The position numbers and the translations under genes are program-made. A stretch of 64,000 nt of DNA from the IMG/VR virus record IMGVR_UViG_3300009128_001633, positions 31,857 to 95,856 of that record; one strand, given 5' to 3'. The notes under the pieces were generated by a model. That model made no database searches and was not told the DNA's origin. It saw only the letters and a program-made list of their open reading frames with translations. The first letter of the stretch is position 1; each line of letters starts with the position of its first letter. The stretch comes from a virus. This document shows positions 58,472-64,000 of this stretch, in pieces.

Positions 58472-59098
58472 ATGGAAGATTTATTATTTATAATGAAATT
58501 ATATTTAATGGCATTCAAAAAAGAAATTGGATTATCAATACAAAGATACGAAATCGGTGTAAATAACAATGTTAAAATTAAGAAACTACCATGGAGTGGA
58601 AAATACAATATACATAAGATAAACGATTGGAGAAAAAGAGAACTAGAAATTCTAGAACCAAGCATGAAGAATAGAATAACTGGACTATTAACCGCAGAAC
58701 ATATAAAAGCAACAAACAAAATCCACTGGGAAATACATAGAAAAATAAAGTATATAAAAGACGATATTAAATGGTACAAAAAAGACCATTGGCAAACAAG
58801 TGACAATACTTTCAGAACAGAAACTGGAGATTGTGAAGACCAAGCTTTCGCTCGTATGGCTTTAATGCGTTTAGCAAAAATACCGGATTGTTATCTTGGA
58901 ATAGTTATTACACAAAGACATGCTCTAGCCATTCTATACAAAAACATAAATGCAGATGACTTCTATTTGCTAGACAATGGAAACACCTGTTATAGTATGC
59001 AACATGCATCAAAAGTTTTTCCGTACATTAAAGATAAAAAATACCCATTATTTGGATTTAATTTATTTGACCAATGGGAGTATGGATATTACCTGTAA
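58472..59098 (+). CDS. Transglutaminase-like cysteine protease (BTLCP/C93, LapG-like)
   Basis: IKYIKD...DHWQT..T..GDCEDQA...HALA...YLLDN gives a Cys-His-Asp triad. Confidence 0.8.
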   Translation: MEDLLFIMKLYLMAFKKEIGLSIQRYEIGVNNNVKIKKLPWSGKYNIHKINDWRKRELEILEPSMKNRITGLLTAEHIKATNKIHWEIHRKIKYIKDDIKWYKKDHWQTSDNTFRTETGDCEDQAFARMALMRLAKIPDCYLGIVITQRHALAILYKNINADDFYLLDNGNTCYSMQHASKVFPYIKDKKYPLFGFNLFDQWEYGYYL

Positions 59099-59190
59099 TT
59101 TCATTATACATTTTACTCAAATGTTGTATATAGTTTATTAGCTTAAAAGTTTAAGTTTATAATCTACTCAAATAGTATGTCGAAATAAAT

Positions 59191-59229
59191 GAGGGATGGA
59201 GCAAATATGTGTTCCCTCCCTATTTTTTT
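59191..59229 (+). terminator. Possible intrinsic terminator
   Basis: AGGGATGGAGCA...TGTTCCCTCCCT followed by a T run. Confidence 0.5.
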
Positions 59230-59235
59230 ACCTGA

Positions 59236-59469
59236 TTGGAGGTAAAAATGAAAAAAACATATTTAAAAGGAAGATTACACATTAGCTATATAGCTGAAAA
59301 AACTATAATTGAATATATAACTAAGAAAAAGTGGAAAAGAATGTCTTTGTTTGAAAAAACCAAAGCTGAATATGGAGATGATGCAGAACAATTTATAGAT
59401 GATATTAAGAGTGGAAAAATTAAAAAAAGAACAGAACCACAGCCTAATGGAATAATTATAGGAGATTAA
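59236..59469 (+). CDS. Hypothetical protein
   Basis: GGAGG before ATG at 59248. Confidence 0.6.
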   Translation: MEVKMKKTYLKGRLHISYIAEKTIIEYITKKKWKRMSLFEKTKAEYGDDAEQFIDDIKSGKIKKRTEPQPNGIIIGD

Positions 59470-59479
59470 GGAGGATAAA

Positions 59480-59707
59480 ATGATTTGTGATGGATGTGAC
59501 AAAAGAGTTCAAAAGACAATTTATAAAGCAGAAGATGGAAAACATTTATGCAAAGAATGTAGGGGTTACTATATTAAACCACTAGATATTCACATGAACT
59601 TTACAGATTACGTCCAACAAGAAGCAGAAGAAATAGTTAAAGACAGAATAGGTAAGGGGGTGCAATATGGAAAACCAGCAGACTTAGGAAAGAAATTCAG
59701 AAGATAA
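59480..59707 (+). CDS. Small Zn-finger protein
   Basis: CDGC...CKEC; GGAGG RBS. Confidence 0.65.
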   Translation: MICDGCDKRVQKTIYKAEDGKHLCKECRGYYIKPLDIHMNFTDYVQQEAEEIVKDRIGKGVQYGKPADLGKKFRR

Positions 59708-59709
59708 AT

Positions 59710-59860
59710 AGTGCTGTTGACGTATTCTTGGAAAAACATATTGCCAATATTTGAAGGCAGGTATGGATGGAGAGACATTAATATAGCTGAAGAGCCATAA
59801 ACTTAGAGATATTATTAACCTTTACTCCGATACTATGCCACGAATCACGTTGACAGCACT
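59710..59860 (+). ncRNA. Candidate structured RNA element
   Basis: Closing stem AGTGCTGTTGACGTATTC / GAATCACGTTGACAGCACT plus internal hairpins. Confidence 0.45.
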
Positions 59861-59885
59861 CTGTTCCATACCATAGGAGATTGCA

Positions 59886-60173
59886 ATGGAAATAGTTAAA
59901 TGTATAAAATGTGGAAGATCATTAGACGGTAGTTATTGTTATATAATATATCCTCCACAAATCAAGATAGTTAAAGCGTACCAACCATCTGTGGATATAG
60001 AGTTTTTGTGTGAATCCTGTAATAACGAATTGTTTGGAAATAACAACAAACAAAATAGACCATTACCAGATCCAGATTTAAGAGATCCATTCCCAAAACC
60101 ACATTCCAGCAAATTAGTTGATAAACTAACAAAATCCATATTTGTAACTATGCTCAAAAGGTTTAGGCTATAA
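59886..60173 (+). CDS. Zn-ribbon hypothetical protein
   Basis: CIKC...CESC; AGGAG RBS. Confidence 0.6.
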   Translation: MEIVKCIKCGRSLDGSYCYIIYPPQIKIVKAYQPSVDIEFLCESCNNELFGNNNKQNRPLPDPDLRDPFPKPHSSKLVDKLTKSIFVTMLKRFRL

Positions 60174-60329
60174 ACAAAAATCATTTAAAAGAGTATAAGA
60201 TAAGGGAGGTGAATGATATATATAGACTAATACAAAATACACTGACAGTACTCGCAGTAATATCCATTCTATTATGGATAACATTAAAATATATGGGATA
60301 TTAATTTAACATTACAAAAGGAGGAGACT

Positions 60330-60470
60330 ATGGGATTATGTATGTTTAGAAATGAAGAGGTTAACCCATACAGGATATATGAACTATATCCAAGAATAGA
60401 ATGTGGAGGAGCAGCATTTAACATAATAGAAAGGGAAAACAAATGCTCAGTAAAAGAGAATGGAAGTTAA
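60330..60470 (+). CDS. Small ORF (46 aa)
   Basis: AAAGGAGGAGACT-ATG; MGLCMFRNEE...KENGS. Confidence 0.45.
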   Translation: MGLCMFRNEEVNPYRIYELYPRIECGGAAFNIIERENKCSVKENGS

Positions 60471-60649
60471 ACAAAATAGACTGTCCTGGACTTAACAAAG
60501 TTCCAAAATGGAGACCAAATCAAAATCCAACATTTAAAAGCAAATGTCTTTTATTACAAATTGGAGAAACAAGAACAAGAATAGATTGCTCATACGAAAC
60601 TTGCCCATTTATGTTTTGGGGTAGGAGGACTGAAATAGTGAAAAAATAA
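60443..60649 (+). CDS. Hypothetical Cys-containing protein
   Basis: ORF with CSYETCPF. Confidence 0.5.
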   Translation: MLSKREWKLNKIDCPGLNKVPKWRPNQNPTFKSKCLLLQIGETRTRIDCSYETCPFMFWGRRTEIVKK

Positions 60650-60772
60650 GAGATCTAATAATAAAGTGGAGTGAAGAAGCAGAAAAAATGGAACAATTTA
60701 ATTCAATACCTGATGATGATGCAGCAAAGATGTTGAAATCAGTTGCTGATGAATTAGAAGAAACAATGAAAG

Positions 60773-60958
60773 ATGGAGAGAGCTTTAATGAAACATACTA
60801 AAATCTCATTTGGTCATGTTACTCATACACAAGATTCCGTAGTTGTGTATGTAACGAAAGAAGAAAAAGAAGATATACGAAAAACAGCACGTGAACAAAA
60901 TAAATCTATGTCAAAATACTTGTTAGACTTACATTTAAAACAGAAGCCGTTTATTTAA
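60773..60958 (+). CDS. Ribbon-helix-helix (MobC/CopG-like) DNA-binding protein
   Basis: VVVYVTKEEKEDIRKTAREQNKSMSKYL. Confidence 0.7.
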   Translation: MERALMKHTKISFGHVTHTQDSVVVYVTKEEKEDIRKTAREQNKSMSKYLLDLHLKQKPFI

Positions 60959-60960
60959 AA

Positions 60961-61530
60961 ATGACATATCTTGAACCTGAATATTATTACGAATTCGTCA
61001 GAGCATTGGCATGGAAAAAGGTGTATGGGAATCCGTATGTTGAATTTGACGACGTCAGTCAAGAAGGAATGATAGGACTACTCAACGGAATAAAGAAAGT
61101 GAAACAACACTATAATAAAAAACAAACAATATCTTATATCAAAATACGTATTTACGGTGCTATAATGGATTATATTAGAATACAAGCATCAAAAGGATTC
61201 ACAAAGACAAACCAAAGAAGAACGAAAATACTACCAAATATAAATTATTTTAATGACCCTATATATCCACAATTTAAAAATAATCCGTATTCATATCCAA
61301 CATTAGGAGACACATTTGGAGAAGAATATGTGATACAAACAAAAATATTCATAACACAAGCGTTCACAAAAATACTAAAAACATTACCAATGAGAACTGC
61401 AATCATATTAAAAATGTACACAATTTACGGATATACTTTTGATGAAATTGGTGAAAAAATTGGATTAACAGGATCAAGGATATTTCAAATAATTAGTCCC
61501 ATTATAAAAAAATTTGAATACACATTATAG
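60961..61530 (+). CDS. Sigma-70 family factor, FliA/WhiG-like
   Basis: DDVSQEGMIGLL...SYIKIRIYGAIMDYIR (region 2); TFDEIGEKIGLTGSRIFQI (region 4). Confidence 0.88.
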   Translation: MTYLEPEYYYEFVRALAWKKVYGNPYVEFDDVSQEGMIGLLNGIKKVKQHYNKKQTISYIKIRIYGAIMDYIRIQASKGFTKTNQRRTKILPNINYFNDPIYPQFKNNPYSYPTLGDTFGEEYVIQTKIFITQAFTKILKTLPMRTAIILKMYTIYGYTFDEIGEKIGLTGSRIFQIISPIIKKFEYTL

Positions 61531-61671
61531 GAGAATAGAAATGAGCTGTAAATGTGAAAAACAGTATAAAGTAGACTTATTGGTATCATGGTTGTGGGAT
61601 TATGCCTCTATTGAGGAACCGGAGAGAGCTATGATGTTGGCAATTAAACACATGAAGGAGGCTGAGTAACT

Positions 61672-62025
61672 ATGATCATTATAGAAAATGGACAATGGAA
61701 TAGTATGGATGATATTAAAAACGCTATTGTTAATCTTTGTTCTAAGACAGTAGAGGATATGTTACGAGAAGGAATTTGTCCACGTGTCATACGTGGCATA
61801 TTTGAAGAGGAAGTAAATCACCTTATCAAGAAAATAAAACTGGATAAACATAGTATGGATGGTAAGATGACAGTAGAAATAGACGGACAAATCACTACAA
61901 GAAAAATAGATCATTATGAAACATTTGAAACTGATATTAGTCCAAAAGCAGTGCCGGTTTTGTTTTCTAATGAAGAGTTGGTAATTGAATTTGGCAAGGA
62001 TTACCCGATAATTGTTAAGATATAA
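61672..62025 (+). CDS. Hypothetical protein
   Basis: AAGGAGG RBS. Confidence 0.6.
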   Translation: MIIIENGQWNSMDDIKNAIVNLCSKTVEDMLREGICPRVIRGIFEEEVNHLIKKIKLDKHSMDGKMTVEIDGQITTRKIDHYETFETDISPKAVPVLFSNEELVIEFGKDYPIIVKI

Positions 62026-62173
62026 TAACCTACTTTCAAAAAGGAGAAAACACTAGGATAACCTCTCTTATCCCACTCTATTGACATATCATAGTTTTGC
62101 TACTTAAATCTACTTCGAATATTTTTATTTACAAGTAAAAACATGACTCAGTTATAATTTCGACAAATTTTTT

Positions 62174-62217
62174 AAAATGCCCTTATCGTTCAAGAATAAC
62201 GGTAGGGGTATTTTTTT
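62174..62217 (+). terminator. Intrinsic terminator ending the plus-strand block
   Basis: AAAATGCCCTTATCGTT / AACGGTAGGGGTATTTT stem with G-U pairs and a T run. Confidence 0.7.
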
Positions 62218-62393
62218 GCATAAACTCACTACCCACTTATATATTTTTTTAACCTCAAAACTCCTGAGGCCAAAATTGGACAAATTGTATTAGGTTTATT
62301 AGGCACTATAATGTATTTAAAGTTCTATACGTAGCTCTCTTTGGTGTTTTTAAGTAATCTAGATTTTTACAGGTGGTCTGGGTTTTTAAACTT

Positions 62394-62459
62394 AAAAACG
62401 GATGGTCGAATATATTTTTATAGGGAGTCAATATTTTTTGACGAAAAAACGGATGGTCG
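62394..62459. repeat. 15-nt direct repeat AAAAACGGATGGTCG (x2)
   Basis: Copies at 62394-62408 and 62445-62459. Confidence 0.8.
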
Positions 62460-62549
62460 TTCAAGATGGTGGTGAACATAAGTATATGTAACGTGCCTAA
62501 CAATAAGTATGGGTACGCCTTTAAGAAGGCAACTCTATAAAGAAAGGAG

Positions 62550-62783
62550 GTGATATCATTGAGGAAAACTTGGGGAGAATGGTCCCTCGAACGTGTTTAT
62601 AAGCACAAGCTGTTAGATGTGCTAACACGTCGTATGGCCATTCACTTCTGGTCACTTCCAACAGGACACTGTGCTGGAATATACTTCATTCGTGAAGGAT
62701 GGGAAAGCAAAGTGCTTGTTGCGAAGTTCAACAGGCAAGTGCCTTTTGTCCATGTATCTATGGTCGAAACGTGCTCCTGTTAG
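62550..62783 (+). CDS. Hypothetical protein
   Basis: GAAAGGAGGTGAT RBS; probable TTG start at 62559. Confidence 0.5.
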   Translation: MISLRKTWGEWSLERVYKHKLLDVLTRRMAIHFWSLPTGHCAGIYFIREGWESKVLVAKFNRQVPFVHVSMVETCSC

Positions 62784-62986
62784 ACCAGCAGTGAGCCACT
62801 GAATAAGATTCCGGGTCTTTGCCGTACCTGGGAACAGAAACGGCTTTCACCAGCAAAGCAATGGTAATAAATAGCGTGTCTATGTTTAAATATAGATTTG
62901 CTTATAAGCAATGCCTTATTTAGCCTACTATGTAAGCCTATTCAGCACCCCTATGCCACTATGATAAATTATGAAAGGAGATAGTT

Positions 62987-63463
62987 ATGATAACAATTAG
63001 ATGGTTAGATTTATATGGTAGCGGGCATGGAATACAAATGGAACGGCATATAGAAAACCCATACAACCAGGCATCTGCTGAAACTATATTCAATTTAGAA
63101 AGCCAGATTAGTAAGGCTCGTTTTGGCTTATTAGTTGATACGAGCAAAACAAAACTAATAGCTGCATACGAAGATGATATTAATTCATGGTTTGTAGATG
63201 GTAAGGTCGTACCAGACGAACTATGTGAATGCTATGACTATGTTACTGAATGGGATGCAATACCAGAATTACTAAAGACAGAATGGGCTATTGAAAGGAA
63301 TGACAAAGGTGTAATTGAAACAGTAATAGAAAACCCAACATTTAAGGCTGTCGTAGTGGCAGGTAATAAAGCCACAAAAGAAACGATTAAAGAAGCAAAA
63401 GAAGCATCTGAATTCCTAGATCTTCCAATGTACATTATGAATGAACTAAAAATAAAGGATTAA
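62987..63463 (+). CDS. Hypothetical acidic protein
   Basis: GAAAGGAG RBS; 158 aa. Confidence 0.7.
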   Translation: MITIRWLDLYGSGHGIQMERHIENPYNQASAETIFNLESQISKARFGLLVDTSKTKLIAAYEDDINSWFVDGKVVPDELCECYDYVTEWDAIPELLKTEWAIERNDKGVIETVIENPTFKAVVVAGNKATKETIKEAKEASEFLDLPMYIMNELKIKD

Positions 63464-63610
63464 CCCTAATCCTTTTCATATATCCACCTTGGCTATAACA
63501 GACCTATTGGTCTGACTACATATAAATATTAACCAGTTTGTTTTCATATGATGTCCCTCCAATTATATGAAAGCCCATTTAATAACTTAGGAGGAGAAAG
63601 GGGAACAACT

Positions 63611-63838
63611 ATGACTTTCGACATCTTCAGTCCTGCTGTTGGACTTCACGTGGCTCTTAGCGGAACCTATTTCCGCTTTCACGTGTCGTTGCACAGGGCC
63701 TTTTGTTTGGAAACTTGTTGGTCATGTAATCCACATGACCATGGCTTTAGGCTTCAGCTATGGTTAAATGGCGTGACCAACAGGGTCCAACGGACCACGG
63801 CCTTGTTGAGGGGCGGTAGTGTACGCATTTTTATTTAA
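63611..63838 (+). CDS. Hypothetical protein
   Basis: Start taken at MTFDIF after GAAAGGGG. Confidence 0.4.
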   Translation: MTFDIFSPAVGLHVALSGTYFRFHVSLHRAFCLETCWSCNPHDHGFRLQLWLNGVTNRVQRTTALLRGGSVRIFI

Positions 63839-64000
63839 CAGTTTGACCTAACCATGTTGACCTCTAATTAACTTCATAACCTTAACACGAAAGGACATAA
63901 GAAATTTAACTATAATGGTTCATTGAACCTGATAGTATATAAGCGTTTGTCTACTAACTAACCTAACTACGAAACTTTAAATCCCTGAAAGGAGGTGATA

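Noticed and set aside
59785-59805. CTGAAGAG resembling a hammerhead core
   Set aside because: No correctly placed stem II and GAAA partner.
1-64000. CRISPR arrays, tRNAs, inteins/introns, stop-codon recoding
   Set aside because: No repeat-spacer arrays or cloverleafs noticed by eye; core genes are uninterrupted in the standard code.

Overview
This window is about 64 kb of an AT-rich tailed dsDNA phage or prophage genome (siphovirus-type, standard genetic code). Positions 1-56.1 kb form one long minus-strand late region. In transcription order it carries: TerS, TerL, portal and Mu-type prohead protease/scaffold; two decoration paralogues and a lambda-E-type capsid; neck genes, tail tube and duplicated tail chaperones; a 2572-aa tape measure; a lambda-like M/L/K/I-J tail tip and fibres; a lysis cassette; and a very large glycan-modification island (11 glycosyltransferase genes, about 13 GT domains, 3 hexapeptide acyltransferases, a PIG-L deacetylase, a methyltransferase) interleaved with small structural-looking genes. 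Positions 56.3-64 kb are a divergent plus-strand block: 5'-3' exonuclease, transglutaminase-like cysteine protease, FliA-like sigma factor, small ORFs and two candidate ncRNAs. The most notable observations are: a portal-methyltransferase fusion; a RecB/Cas4-like nuclease motif set inside the tape measure; a 25-nt long-range complementary pair between the capsid 3' end and the tail-tube 5' leader; a recurring (I/V/M)KRxP(A/V) motif in four head proteins; and the putative virion-glycosylation system. All family calls come from motif recognition by eye, not database searches.
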